Below, one piece after another: positions 39,312 to 49,419 of a DNA stretch of 57,468 bases; the first letter of the stretch is position 1, and the number at the start of each line of letters is the position of its first letter. The notes under the pieces were generated by a model. The model was given only the letters and a program-made list of their open reading frames with translations. It searched no databases and was not told the DNA's origin. The stretch covers positions 8,393 through 65,860 of the forward strand of contig JBDZWC010000004.1 in assembly GCA_040256005.1 (NCBI GenBank), read 5' to 3'. Both the position numbers and the translations under genes were made by a program. This DNA comes from Deinococcaceae bacterium. Its GTDB lineage: Bacteria > Deinococcota > Deinococci > Deinococcales > Trueperaceae.

Positions 39312-40493
39312 ATGACCAGAGCCGACCCGCCCTCCGCCAGGCCGCGGGTAACGGCCGCCCGCCGGCGCGAGTGGCTGACCGGTTACGCCTTCGTGCTGCC
39401 AGCCACCCTCATCATCGCGGTCTTCGGGATCTTCCCCATCGGCTACGCGATCTACATGAGCCTGCACCGGTGGCGCATACGGAAGGGCGGCTTCATCGGC
39501 CTCGACAACTACCTCGACGTGGTGGGCGACTGGTGGGGAGCGCTGGCGTTCTTCGGCGGCCTGCTGCTGATCATGGCCGCGCACTGGCTGTGGACCGACG
39601 CGTTCAGGCGTGGCGGAGGCACAGCGCCGCTGGTGGGTCGGTTGCTGGGCGCTCTCGTCCTGCTCGGCTCCGGCGTCGCGGTGTCACTGGGCTGGCGGCT
39701 GATGACCGAGGAGGGCGACAGGCGTTTCCTGGCAGGTCTGACGCGCACCGTCTACTACGGTTTCGGGTCGGTGCCGGTCCAGATCGTGCTGGCGCTGGTC
39801 ATCGCCAGCCTCCTGTACCAGAACCTGAGGGGCCAGGAGCTCTTCCGGATGCTCTACTTCCTGCCTTACGTGACGCCGGCCGTGGCCGCGGCCGCGGTGT
39901 TCCGTCAGATCTTCAGCCCGCGGCCGGAGAGACCAGCCAACGTCGTGCTCGACTGGCTCGGGATCGCACCGCAGCAGTGGCTGTTCGAGACGCGGCCCGT
40001 CACCGACGTGCTGTTCGGCGGCCTCCTCGACCGCGTGGGCTGGGACCTGACCGGCTTCTGGGCCGGGCCCTCGCTCGCGCTGGTGACCGTGATCATCTTC
40101 GGGATCTGGACCTACACCGGCTACAACGCCGTGATCTTCCTGGCCGGCCTCGGCAACATCCCCAAGCAGCTCTACGAGGCGGCGGCCATCGACGGGGCCA
40201 CGCGCGTGCAGCAGTTCAGGCACATCACCGTGCCGCTCCTCTCGCCCGTGACCTTCTACCTGACGGTCCTCGGCTTCATAGGCACCTTCCAGGCGTTCAC
40301 GCACATCTACGTCATGAGGTCCCCGAACACCAGGGACGCCGTCGACACGGCCTCCGTCGTCATCTTCGACACGTTCTACGGTCGGAACAACTTCAGCCTG
40401 GCTGCGGCCCAATCCGTCGTGCTCTTCGCGATCATCCTGATCCTGACCCTGCTGCAGAACAGGTTGTTCGGGCGGAGCGTGTTCCGTGGCTGA
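39312..40493 (+). CDS. Carbohydrate ABC permease (CUT1, MalF/UgpA-like)
   Basis: LYEAAAIDGA EAA motif and FRHITVPLLSP. Confidence 0.93.
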   Translation: MTRADPPSARPRVTAARRREWLTGYAFVLPATLIIAVFGIFPIGYAIYMSLHRWRIRKGGFIGLDNYLDVVGDWWGALAFFGGLLLIMAAHWLWTDAFRRGGGTAPLVGRLLGALVLLGSGVAVSLGWRLMTEEGDRRFLAGLTRTVYYGFGSVPVQIVLALVIASLLYQNLRGQELFRMLYFLPYVTPAVAAAAVFRQIFSPRPERPANVVLDWLGIAPQQWLFETRPVTDVLFGGLLDRVGWDLTGFWAGPSLALVTVIIFGIWTYTGYNAVIFLAGLGNIPKQLYEAAAIDGATRVQQFRHITVPLLSPVTFYLTVLGFIGTFQAFTHIYVMRSPNTRDAVDTASVVIFDTFYGRNNFSLAAAQSVVLFAIILILTLLQNRLFGRSVFRG

Positions 40494-41364
40494 CCAGGTC
40501 GCGGCCCGGTCCGTGCCGGCGCGGCGCGAGCCTTACGAGTTCAGGCTCTCGCACCTGCCCGCGTACGTCGCGCTGACCATCGGAGCGGTCATCTCGATGA
40601 CGCCGTTCCTCTACATGATCTCCACCAGCCTGATGACGCTGGGCGAGACCATCAACCGGCGCCTCCTGCCCGCCAACCCGCAGTGGGTCAACTACCAGAC
40701 CGCCTGGTCGGAGGCCGACTTCGCGCTGTACTTCCGCAACAGCGTCATCATCACCGCGATCGTGATCGTGGGCGTGCTGCTCACCTGTACGCTGGCCGCC
40801 TACGCCTTCGCCCGTATCGAGTTCCCCGGCCGCGAGCTCATCTTCATGGTGCTGCTGGCGACGCTGATGATCCCCGGCACCGTGACGTTCCTGCCCAACT
40901 TCCTGATGGTCCGCGGGGAGGTGATCCCGTGGGGCAGCTGGCTCAACACCTTGCCGGCGCTGACGGTGCCCTTCATGGCGACGGCGTTCATAATCTTCCT
41001 GTTCCGTCAGTTCTTCATGGGCATCCCGCACGAGCTGTACGACGCCGCCCGCATCGATGGCGCCGGCCACCTGCGGTTCCTGACCGCGGTCGTGGTACCG
41101 ATGAGCAAGCCCGTCCTCATGACGGCCACCCTCCTCACCTTCGTCACCTCGTGGAACGAGTTCCTGTGGCCGCTCCTCGTGACGACCACGCCGCGCTGGC
41201 GCCCATTGGGCGTAGGGCTCTACACCTTCATCTCCGAGGCCGGCCCGCAGACCCACCTGCTCATGGCGGGTGCCGTGATCACGATCCTGCCCGTGCTCGT
41301 CGTGTACTTCCTGACGCAGAAGCAGTTCACCGAGGGCATCGCGACCTCGGGCCTGAAGGGGTGA
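40486..41364 (+). CDS. Carbohydrate ABC permease (CUT1, MalG/UgpE-like)
   Basis: ELYDAARIDGA, SWNEFLWPL and GLKG C-terminus. Confidence 0.94.
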   Translation: MADQVAARSVPARREPYEFRLSHLPAYVALTIGAVISMTPFLYMISTSLMTLGETINRRLLPANPQWVNYQTAWSEADFALYFRNSVIITAIVIVGVLLTCTLAAYAFARIEFPGRELIFMVLLATLMIPGTVTFLPNFLMVRGEVIPWGSWLNTLPALTVPFMATAFIIFLFRQFFMGIPHELYDAARIDGAGHLRFLTAVVVPMSKPVLMTATLLTFVTSWNEFLWPLLVTTTPRWRPLGVGLYTFISEAGPQTHLLMAGAVITILPVLVVYFLTQKQFTEGIATSGLKG

Positions 41365-41514
41365 TGAACCAGGAACGGTCCTGAAGCGGGGATAAGGCAG
41401 CGTCACCAGCTAGTAACATCGACAACGAGCAACGAAGCTGCGGTTCGACATGGGGCAGGAGAGAACGGACGGGCCTACCCGTCACCACGGGAACCGCACG
41501 GAGAGGGAGCGAAG

Positions 41515-42891
41515 ATGAAGCTAGGCAGGTCACTCTTCACGAGGCTTGGCGCAGCGCTGCTGACCGCCGTCGCCGGCGTGGCGGTCGCACAGGACGGGTT
41601 CGAAGGGGTGGACTGGTCTACCGTCGATCCGTCCGGCCAGACGGTCTCCTTCTGGCACCAGCACACCCAGGAGCGCGAGACCGCGCTGCAGGACATCATC
41701 ACCGAGTTCAACGCGACCAACGAGTACGGCATCACCGTCGTCGCCGAGTACCAGGGCGGCTACGGCGACATCTTCCAGAAGATGCTGGCCCTGCTCGGCA
41801 CCTCCGACACGCCGAACATCGTCGTGGCCTACCAAAACCAGGCCGCCACCTACCAACTGGTCGACGGGCTCGTTGACATGCGCCCGCTCGTCCAGTCAGA
41901 GGAGTGGGGCCTGAGCGACGAGGACATCGCCGACTTCTTCCCCGGCTTCTGGACGTCGGACCTGTTCCCGAGCTTCGGCGGCGCCCGCCTCGGCATCGCC
42001 CCCAACCGGTCGATGGAGATGATGTACTACAACAGCGACTGGCTCGCCGAGCTCCGCGCTGCCGGCCACATCGATTTCGACGGCCCGCCCACCAACCCCG
42101 ATCAGTTCAGGCAGGCCGCCTGCGCCGCCACCGAGAACCCGTTCTCCGGCGCCTCGGCCACCGGCCAGAGCGTCGGCTACGAGCTCGCCACGGACGCCAG
42201 CCGCTTCGCGTCATGGACGTTCGCCTTCGGCGGTGACGTCTTCGACTACGACAACAACCGCTACACCTACGACTCCCCCGCTGCCGTAGAGGCGCTCACC
42301 TTCCTCCAGGACCTCTTCGAGGCGGGCTGCGGTGCCCTCACCACCGAGGCCTTCGGCGACCAGACCAACTTCGGTGGCGGCCGCACGCTGTTCACCGTCG
42401 GCTCCTCCTCCGGCCTGCCGTTCTACGCCAGCGCCGTCGAGGAGGGCGCGGGCCACGCCTGGAGCGTCGACGCCATCCCGCACACGACCCCAGACCCGGT
42501 CATGAACATCTACGGCGCCAGCGTGAGCCTGCCAGCGGGTCACACGCCCGAAGAGACCCTCGCCTCGTGGATCTTCCTCAAGTACTACACGGGGCCCGAG
42601 GCGCAGGCCGCCTGGGCAGCCGCGAGCCAGTACTTCCCGGTGCGCCAGAGCGTGGCGGCGAACCTGGGCCCGGTCTTCGACGCCGTACCCGGCTACGAGA
42701 CCGCGTTCAACCTGCTCCCCTACGGCATCGCCGAGCCTCCCGTCCCCGGCTACGACTTCGTGCGCGACATCGTCGCGGCCACGATGGCCGACATCGTGAC
42801 AAACCCCGACCTCGACGTGCAGGAGACCCTCACCGAGATGAACGAGGAAGCCAACGACATCCTCGCCGAGCAGATGGCGGAGATGGAGTAG
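41515..42891 (+). CDS. ABC substrate-binding protein, family 1 (UgpB-like)
   Basis: Signal peptide, VSFWH, MYYNSD and YFPVRQS. Confidence 0.9.
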   Translation: MKLGRSLFTRLGAALLTAVAGVAVAQDGFEGVDWSTVDPSGQTVSFWHQHTQERETALQDIITEFNATNEYGITVVAEYQGGYGDIFQKMLALLGTSDTPNIVVAYQNQAATYQLVDGLVDMRPLVQSEEWGLSDEDIADFFPGFWTSDLFPSFGGARLGIAPNRSMEMMYYNSDWLAELRAAGHIDFDGPPTNPDQFRQAACAATENPFSGASATGQSVGYELATDASRFASWTFAFGGDVFDYDNNRYTYDSPAAVEALTFLQDLFEAGCGALTTEAFGDQTNFGGGRTLFTVGSSSGLPFYASAVEEGAGHAWSVDAIPHTTPDPVMNIYGASVSLPAGHTPEETLASWIFLKYYTGPEAQAAWAAASQYFPVRQSVAANLGPVFDAVPGYETAFNLLPYGIAEPPVPGYDFVRDIVAATMADIVTNPDLDVQETLTEMNEEANDILAEQMAEME

Positions 42892-42914
42892 GGCTTCCAG
42901 CCTCCGCTAGGCAG

Positions 42915-42950
42915 GGGCGGCGCTTCCCAGGCGCCGCCCTTCTCTTCTCT
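42915..42950 (+). terminator. Rho-independent terminator
   Basis: GGGCGGCGC / GCGCCGCCC stem followed by TTCTCTTCTCT. Confidence 0.75.
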
Positions 42951-42973
42951 AGGCGCGAGGCTTCGCGCATCAA

Positions 42974-43146
42974 GACCCGACGTCACGCCGGTCGAGCGGC
43001 GGACTCACAGGTCTTCCTCGCCTGAACGCCACTATCAACCTGAAGCATAGTGGAGCCGCGACACCACTCGAACGTTCTGTCGCCACGGCGATCATCACGC
43101 AAACGATGGCTTGCCTTATGCGCCCAGCTGGTAGTGGCGCGGGGTC
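42974..43146. ncRNA. Candidate structured ncRNA, 6S-RNA-like rod (~175 nt)
   Basis: Nested end-to-end pairings (GACCC/GGGTC, CGCC/GGCG, AGC.GGCG/CGCC.GCT, AGG/CCT, TCGCC/GGCGA), a central bubble and two apical hairpins. Intergenic, with no credible ORF. Confidence 0.55.
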
Positions 43147-43270
43147 CAAGAAGCGCAGCCTAGGCTCGCGACCCGAGGGACTCAGCCAAGCCAGGCCGCG
43201 CCGCACGCGGACGCCCACCAGCCCTCCCGCGACGCGATAGACCCCAGCCGCTCGGATAACCTCGGCTGGC

Positions 43271-44416
43271 GTGACCCACGAACGACCCGCCTCGCTCTAC
43301 GTCCACGTGCCGTTCTGCCCGAGCGTGTGCCCCTACTGCGACTTCCACAAGATGCTGCGGCACGAGGGCCTGGCCGCTCGGTACGTCGCTCGCCTGGAGC
43401 GGGAGCTGCTGGAGCTGGGGGAGCGCTGGGGCGGACCGCTGGACACCCTCTACTTCGGCGGGGGAACGCCATCGCACCTGCGCGACGACGAGCTGACCCG
43501 CGTGTTCGCGGCGGTGGACAGGGCGTTCGGCGGCGCGGGCCGGCTCGAGACGACGCTGGAGGCCGATCCCCTGACGTTCGACCTCGAGAGGCTCGAACGC
43601 TTCGCCCGGCTGGGCGTGTCACGGCTGTCGATCGGCCTGCAGTCGACGCAGGATGAGGTGCTGAGGTTCCTGGGAAGGCTGCACGACGGCTCCCAAGGCA
43701 TGGAGGCCGTGGCGGTCGCCATCGCCAGCGGCCTGCGCGTGAACGTCGACGTGATGACAGCCATCGAGGGTCAGGACCTGGAGCTCGACCTGAGGCGCAT
43801 CGTCGGCCTGGGCGCCCGCCACGTGAGCGTCTACACGCTCACCGTCGAGCCGGGCACCCCGTTCGCGCTGCGGGGCATCGAGGTCGACGAGGAGCTGGAC
43901 GCCGGGTCGTACGCGCTGGCCGCGCGGACCCTGGCGGAGCTCGGCCTGCGCCGCTACGAGGTGAGCAACCACGCCGTCCCCGGCGACGAGTCCAGGCACA
44001 ACCTCACGTACTGGCGCGGGCACTACTACCTGGCCGTCGGACCGTCGGCCTCTTCGTACCTACCCGGTGGCGACGGCTTGGGGGTGCGCTCTCGCAACCC
44101 CGACCTCAAAGGCTGGCTGCAGGGCGCGCCGCCCGAGGTCGACGTGCTGGGTCCGGACGACGTCGTGCTGGAGCGCCTCATGACGGGCCTGCGCACCAAC
44201 GAGGGCGTCGACCTGGCCAGCCTCGAAGGGCGCACCGGCCTGGCCGTGGAGCGCCTGGCGGAGAGGTGGCTGGCCGACTGCATGGGCCACGAGCTCCTGA
44301 CCCTGGACACGACGCGAACCCTGCGGGCCACCGAGCAGGGGCTCCTCAGGCTGGACGCGATCCTGCGGGCCTTCGTCGCCACGCGGCGGACGACCGCGAG
44401 CGCGGCGCGGGCCTAG
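43271..44416 (+). CDS. hemW: Radical SAM heme chaperone HemW
   Basis: YVHVPFCPSVCPYCDF, GGGTPS, YEVSN and HNLTYW. Confidence 0.93.
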   Translation: MTHERPASLYVHVPFCPSVCPYCDFHKMLRHEGLAARYVARLERELLELGERWGGPLDTLYFGGGTPSHLRDDELTRVFAAVDRAFGGAGRLETTLEADPLTFDLERLERFARLGVSRLSIGLQSTQDEVLRFLGRLHDGSQGMEAVAVAIASGLRVNVDVMTAIEGQDLELDLRRIVGLGARHVSVYTLTVEPGTPFALRGIEVDEELDAGSYALAARTLAELGLRRYEVSNHAVPGDESRHNLTYWRGHYYLAVGPSASSYLPGGDGLGVRSRNPDLKGWLQGAPPEVDVLGPDDVVLERLMTGLRTNEGVDLASLEGRTGLAVERLAERWLADCMGHELLTLDTTRTLRATEQGLLRLDAILRAFVATRRTTASAARA

Positions 44417-44439
44417 GCCGGGCGCCGGCGGGCGTAGAC

Positions 44440-47400
44440 CTAGGCGGGGCTCTGGCTCAACAGACGGGCGATGACCGCGCCGCCCGCCAAGCTCAGCTCA
44501 CCGGGGACGGACAGCTCCTTCACCGCGGTGTCGTAGCGGCGCAGGAACGGCTGCCGGGCCAGGAACGACTCCAAGCTCAGCTTGGGTTCCTCCGCGGCAG
44601 CCCTCAGGTACGCGGTCGTGAGGCGCTGCTGCGCCGCGCGCAGGTCGAGGACGATGCCTGTCTGCGCGATCTTCTCCCACGATCCCGAGGTGGGTAGCTG
44701 CCTGAGCGCGTCGCGCATCCGGCCTAGCGCCAGGCGCTCGCCCAGGGCGAAGAACGCGGTGGCCGCGACCTCCAGGTCGACCTCGGCGGCCCTGGCTGCC
44801 TCCACCACGCCCATGCCCGCCGGCACATACTCCAGGCCGGCGACCCGCTCGGCCATCTTCTCTTCCAGGCCGCTCTTCACGTGCTGCTTGACGCTGGCGC
44901 GGAAGCGCCGCTTCTCGGCCGCCGGCAGGAAGCGCTCCAGCTCGCCCTGCAGGGTGGCGACCGGCGAGCCGTAGACCGCGACGACGTCCTTGATCGGCCG
45001 CTTGGCGAGGTCGCCGGAGAGCAGCCAGCTCACCACGCCCTCGACGGCCTGAGACATCGCCCGGTGCGCGGCGTAAGAGGCCTCGGGCGGCGTCACGTCG
45101 TCGCGCTCCTGCAGGTCGTCGGCGAACGTCAGCGTGCCGAGCAGCTCCATCGCGGTCAGCGCGGCGCGCACGACCTCTACGGGCGTGGCTCCGTTCTGCC
45201 TGACGGCTCGGTGGACGAACTCCATGCCGAGGAGGTCAACGACGACGTTGGTGAGCTGGGTGGCGGTGATCTCGCGCCTGAGGGAGTGGGCGCCGATCGC
45301 CTCCGGATGGCGCTCCCGCAGCAGCGTCGGGAAGTACTCCATGAGGTAGTGCGAGAGCTGAGGGTCGTCAGGCAGGTTGGTCTCCAGCAGGCGCCGGTAC
45401 AGGCCCATCTTCACGTAGGCGAGCAGCACGGCCAGTTCGGGCCGCGTGAGGCTTACGCCCTCCGACCGGCGCTCCGCGAGCTGGCGCGGGGTGGGGAGGT
45501 ACTCGACGGCCCTATCGAGCCCCGCCGACTCCACCAGGTAATCGAGCAGCGACCCGAACAGCTCCGGGTCGCTGGCAGCCGAACGCGAGGCGAGGCTGAT
45601 CGCCAGGGACTGCCTGTCGTTGTCGCGAAGGACCAGACGCGCGACCTCGTCCTGCATCCGCACGAGCAGTTCGTCGCGCTGAGCGCGACTGATCGCCCCC
45701 GAGCGCAGGAGCGGCGCGAGACAGATCTTGATGTTGACCTCGTGATCCGAGGTGTCCACGCCCGCCGAGTTGTGTATCGCGTCGGTGTCGATGCGCCCAC
45801 CGGCCCGGGCGTACTCGATCCGCGCCAACTGGGTGAAGCCGAGGTTGCCACCCTCCCCGACCACCTTGGCCCTCAGGTCGTCGGCGTCGACGCGGACGGC
45901 GTCGTTCGCCGAGTCGCCAACCTCGGCATGCCGCTCGGTGGAAGACTTGACGTAGGTGCCGATGCCGCCGTTCCACAGCAGGTCGACGGGGGCGCTCAGC
46001 ACGGCACGGATGAGGTCCTGACCGGACAGCTGGTCGGCTTCGATACCGAGCAGCTCCTTCATCTCGGCGGAGACGGGCACGCTCTTGGCGCCGCGCTCGA
46101 AGACGCCGCCGCCGGCGCTGATCAGCGAGGCGTCGTAGTCGGCCCACGAGGAGCGGGGCAGCTCGAACAACCGCTGGCGCTCCGCGAACGAGCGCTTGGC
46201 GTCCGGGTCGGGGTCGATGAACACGTGCCGGTGGTCGAACGCTGCCACCAGCCTGATCCTGTCGGTGTAGAGCATGCCGTTGCCGAAGACGTCGCCCGAC
46301 ATGTCGCCGATGCCGGCGACGGTGAACTCGTCCGTGAAGACGTTGACGCCCATCTCGGCGAAGTGGCGCTTGACCACCTCCCAGGCGCCGCGGGCGGTGA
46401 TGCCCATGCCCTTGTGGTCGTACCCGGCGGAGCCGCCGGAGGCGAAGGCGTCACCGAGCCAGAAGTCGTACTCGGCGGCGGTGGCGTTCGCGACGTCCGA
46501 GAAGGTGGCCGTGCCCTTGTCCGCCGCCACCACCAGGTACGGGTCGGCGTCGTCGTAGACCAGCACGCCCTCGGGATGGACCGCCTCGCCGTCGACGATG
46601 TTGTCGGTCACGTCGAGCAAGCCGCGGATGTACTCCTGGTACTGCTCCCTGACGTGCTCGCGCAGCTGCGCCTGGTCTGCCGGCGCCCGTTTCACGACGA
46701 AGCCGCCCTTCGAGCCAACCGGCACGATGACCGCGTTCTTCGTCATCTGCGTCTTCATGAGGCCGAGGACCTCGGTGCGGAAGTCGTCCGGCCGATCGGA
46801 CCATCTGATGCCGCCACGGGCCACCTTCCCACCGCGCAGGTGCGTGCCCTCCACGGTGGGGCTGTGGACGCCGATCTCGTACAGGGGCCGAGGCTGCGGC
46901 ATGCTGCCCACCTTGTGCGAGTCGATCTTGAAGCTGATCCTCGGGAAGCCCAGGAAGTAGTTCGTCCTGACCGTGGCCGCCATGAGGTCGAGCAGTCCCC
47001 TCAGCGCCTGGTCGGCGGCCAGCGTCGCGACGGACGAGAGCGCCGAGAGGACGTCGTCGCGAGCGCCTCTCAGAGCCGGCTCGCGCCGCGCCGGAGCGAG
47101 CGGCTCGCCGGCGTCACCCGCGAACTCGGGGTCGAAGCGCATCTCGAAGTAGCGCACCAGCAGGCCGGCCACCTCGGGGTGCGACAGCAGCGTGCTGGTG
47201 ACGAAGGCCGGGCTCGTGACGAGGTTGAGCTGCGAGTAGTACATCTGGTAGGCCCGCAGCAGCGAGACCTGCCTGACGCTGAGGCCGGCGTACAGGACGA
47301 GCTGGTTGAGGGAGTCGCTCTCTGCTGCGCCGGCGGCCAGGGCCAGAAGGGCCTCCAGCAGGCGCGCTTTGTCCTGCCGTACGTCGAGTTGCCTGCCGGC

Positions 47401-49266
47401 ACGGTCCTGGACGCGGTAGACGTCGACGCCCCTGTGCTCGCCGTCGACGACGAGGTCGTACGGGTTCTGGTCGAGGACCCGCAGGCCCAGGTTCTCGAGG
47501 ATGGGCAGTACGTCCGAAAGCGCGCGCGAGCGCCCGCTGGGGTAGTAGACGAGCACGCTGGCCTCTTGGTCGTCCACCTTGTTGATGAGGTCGAAGCCGA
47601 CCGCACCCGAGCCCAGGCGCTCTAGGTTGGCGATGTCGCGCACCGCTTGGGCCGGTGAGACCTCGGCCTCGTAGCCTTCGTCGAACGCGCCGACGTAGCG
47701 CTTCGCCAGCGCCCTGCCCTCGACGTCGCCGTGGGCGTCGATGAGCCGTGCGCGCACCTCGTCGCGCCAGCTCCGCGCCAGCTCGGCCACCGCGCTCTCG
47801 AGCTCCTTGACGTCCACCGAGCCCATGTCCACCTCGGTGGGGAAGTAGAAGTGGAAGCGAGCGTGGTCCTGGTCCTCTGACAGGGCGAGCCGGTAGTCGC
47901 AAGTGGTCGCGTGGAGCCGCTCCTGCAGGAAGTCCTGGATGGACCGCCGCACGTCCGAGTTGAAGCTCTCGCGCGGCATGACGACCATGGCCAAGATCCC
48001 GCGCTTCAGGGGGTCGGCACGGAGGCGCAGCTTGGCGCCCCGCTCCTGCTCCAGCGAGAGGATCGCCCTGATGTCCTTGTGCAGCTGCTCAGGGTCGGTG
48101 CCGAACAGCTCCTCGCGGGGCAGCGAGTTGAAGGCCGCCACGATCGCCTTGTAGTCGTGGCCGCCGGGCACGGCCTCGTCGAGCTCGAGCACCTGCCTGA
48201 GCTTCCGTCTGAGGATGGGTATGGCCTCGACGGGCGTGTTCTGGGCCTTGCCGGTGAACAGGCCCAGGAAGCGCCGCTCGCCGACGACCTGCCCCTTGTC
48301 GCCAAGCACCTTCACGCCCACGTAGTCCATCCGGCGGGCGCGGTGGACCGTGGCCTCGGCGTTCGTCTTCGTGACTACCATCAGGCGGCCGCCCGTCACG
48401 CGCTCGCGCAACTGCGGCGACAGCCGGGAGAGCGGTACCGGGTCTCGGTAGCCGCTGTCCGACTCGTCGGAGAGGATGCCCAGTCCGCTGCCCTCGACGA
48501 CCTGCAGGTTCGTCTCGCCGTCCAGCTCCACGAGCTGGTACTCGCGGTAGCCGAGGTAGACGTAGTTCTCGTCTTCCAGCCACTGGACGAACGCCGCGTA
48601 CTCGTCGAGCTCCTCCGACAGGTCGCTGGTGACCTCGTCGACGGTGATCGCGGCGTCGGGCTTCGTGCCCTCCTCCGAGAGGGTCTGCAGGTACTCCGCC
48701 GTCTGGGCCGAGCGCTCGAGCATGGCCTTGTAGTCCCGCGTCGCCCGGTAGACGTCCGTGAGCACGTGCGTCAGTCGCGACTGCAACAGACGGGCCGCGG
48801 CACCCTCCACGCGCTCGACGAAGAACATCTCGAACGCCTCGGGGCGGCCCCCTGACTCGGCTCCCAGGTCCACGACGTTGCCGTCGTCGTCCCTGACCAC
48901 GTCGAGGATGGGGTGCAGCTGGTAGGCGAGCTCCAGCCCCTGCCTGGCGATCTCGGCCTGCACGGAGTCGACGATGAACGGCCGGTCCGTCATGACGAGC
49001 CGCACGACGGTGTAGTGGGACGCCCAACCGTCGGCCTCGAAGACGGGGTTGAGCACCTCCACCTTCATGTCCTCGTTGCCCAGCGCCTTGAGGAACGAGA
49101 AGCCGTCTACCGCCATCGCGTAGAGAGAGTCGGAGTCGAACTGGTCGAAGAAAGCGTCGTCGGCCTTGTCGAAGAGCGCGCTGACGAAGCGTTCGAGGAG
49201 CTCGGCGTCAGCCCGCCCCGCCGTTCGCTCGATGTGCTTGCGCACCAGGTCAACCGTTGCAGCCAT
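44440..49266 (-). CDS. Large NAD-specific glutamate dehydrogenase
   Basis: ARGGIRWSDR, KNAVIVPVGSKGGF, YLVVAADKGTATFSD, GIGDMSGDVFGNG and SDHEVNIKI. Confidence 0.96.
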   Translation of the reverse strand: MAATVDLVRKHIERTAGRADAELLERFVSALFDKADDAFFDQFDSDSLYAMAVDGFSFLKALGNEDMKVEVLNPVFEADGWASHYTVVRLVMTDRPFIVDSVQAEIARQGLELAYQLHPILDVVRDDDGNVVDLGAESGGRPEAFEMFFVERVEGAAARLLQSRLTHVLTDVYRATRDYKAMLERSAQTAEYLQTLSEEGTKPDAAITVDEVTSDLSEELDEYAAFVQWLEDENYVYLGYREYQLVELDGETNLQVVEGSGLGILSDESDSGYRDPVPLSRLSPQLRERVTGGRLMVVTKTNAEATVHRARRMDYVGVKVLGDKGQVVGERRFLGLFTGKAQNTPVEAIPILRRKLRQVLELDEAVPGGHDYKAIVAAFNSLPREELFGTDPEQLHKDIRAILSLEQERGAKLRLRADPLKRGILAMVVMPRESFNSDVRRSIQDFLQERLHATTCDYRLALSEDQDHARFHFYFPTEVDMGSVDVKELESAVAELARSWRDEVRARLIDAHGDVEGRALAKRYVGAFDEGYEAEVSPAQAVRDIANLERLGSGAVGFDLINKVDDQEASVLVYYPSGRSRALSDVLPILENLGLRVLDQNPYDLVVDGEHRGVDVYRVQDRAGRQLDVRQDKARLLEALLALAAGAAESDSLNQLVLYAGLSVRQVSLLRAYQMYYSQLNLVTSPAFVTSTLLSHPEVAGLLVRYFEMRFDPEFAGDAGEPLAPARREPALRGARDDVLSALSSVATLAADQALRGLLDLMAATVRTNYFLGFPRISFKIDSHKVGSMPQPRPLYEIGVHSPTVEGTHLRGGKVARGGIRWSDRPDDFRTEVLGLMKTQMTKNAVIVPVGSKGGFVVKRAPADQAQLREHVREQYQEYIRGLLDVTDNIVDGEAVHPEGVLVYDDADPYLVVAADKGTATFSDVANATAAEYDFWLGDAFASGGSAGYDHKGMGITARGAWEVVKRHFAEMGVNVFTDEFTVAGIGDMSGDVFGNGMLYTDRIRLVAAFDHRHVFIDPDPDAKRSFAERQRLFELPRSSWADYDASLISAGGGVFERGAKSVPVSAEMKELLGIEADQLSGQDLIRAVLSAPVDLLWNGGIGTYVKSSTERHAEVGDSANDAVRVDADDLRAKVVGEGGNLGFTQLARIEYARAGGRIDTDAIHNSAGVDTSDHEVNIKICLAPLLRSGAISRAQRDELLVRMQDEVARLVLRDNDRQSLAISLASRSAASDPELFGSLLDYLVESAGLDRAVEYLPTPRQLAERRSEGVSLTRPELAVLLAYVKMGLYRRLLETNLPDDPQLSHYLMEYFPTLLRERHPEAIGAHSLRREITATQLTNVVVDLLGMEFVHRAVRQNGATPVEVVRAALTAMELLGTLTFADDLQERDDVTPPEASYAAHRAMSQAVEGVVSWLLSGDLAKRPIKDVVAVYGSPVATLQGELERFLPAAEKRRFRASVKQHVKSGLEEKMAERVAGLEYVPAGMGVVEAARAAEVDLEVAATAFFALGERLALGRMRDALRQLPTSGSWEKIAQTGIVLDLRAAQQRLTTAYLRAAAEEPKLSLESFLARQPFLRRYDTAVKELSVPGELSLAGGAVIARLLSQSPA

Positions 49267-49419
49267 AGCTGATCACTCCTGGGGCCGCGATATGGGGCCC
49301 ACACCGTAGTCCGGCCACCATATCGCCAGTTCCTCAGCGGTCACGTGAAGGGGTTGGCGGAAGGGAGAACGGCATGTCGGCAGCGGCATCTTCGTGGCCG
49401 GCGGACTATACTCGGTCCG

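Noticed and set aside
39312..42891. CUT1 ABC cluster lacks an ATPase gene
   Set aside because: Common: shared MsiK/MalK-type ATPases serve multiple CUT1 systems.
43049..43075. GTGGAGCCGCG...TCGAAC resembles the reverse complement of a tRNA/tmRNA 3' end
   Set aside because: No cloverleaf, matching acceptor stem or tag reading frame found; better explained as part of the larger structured RNA.
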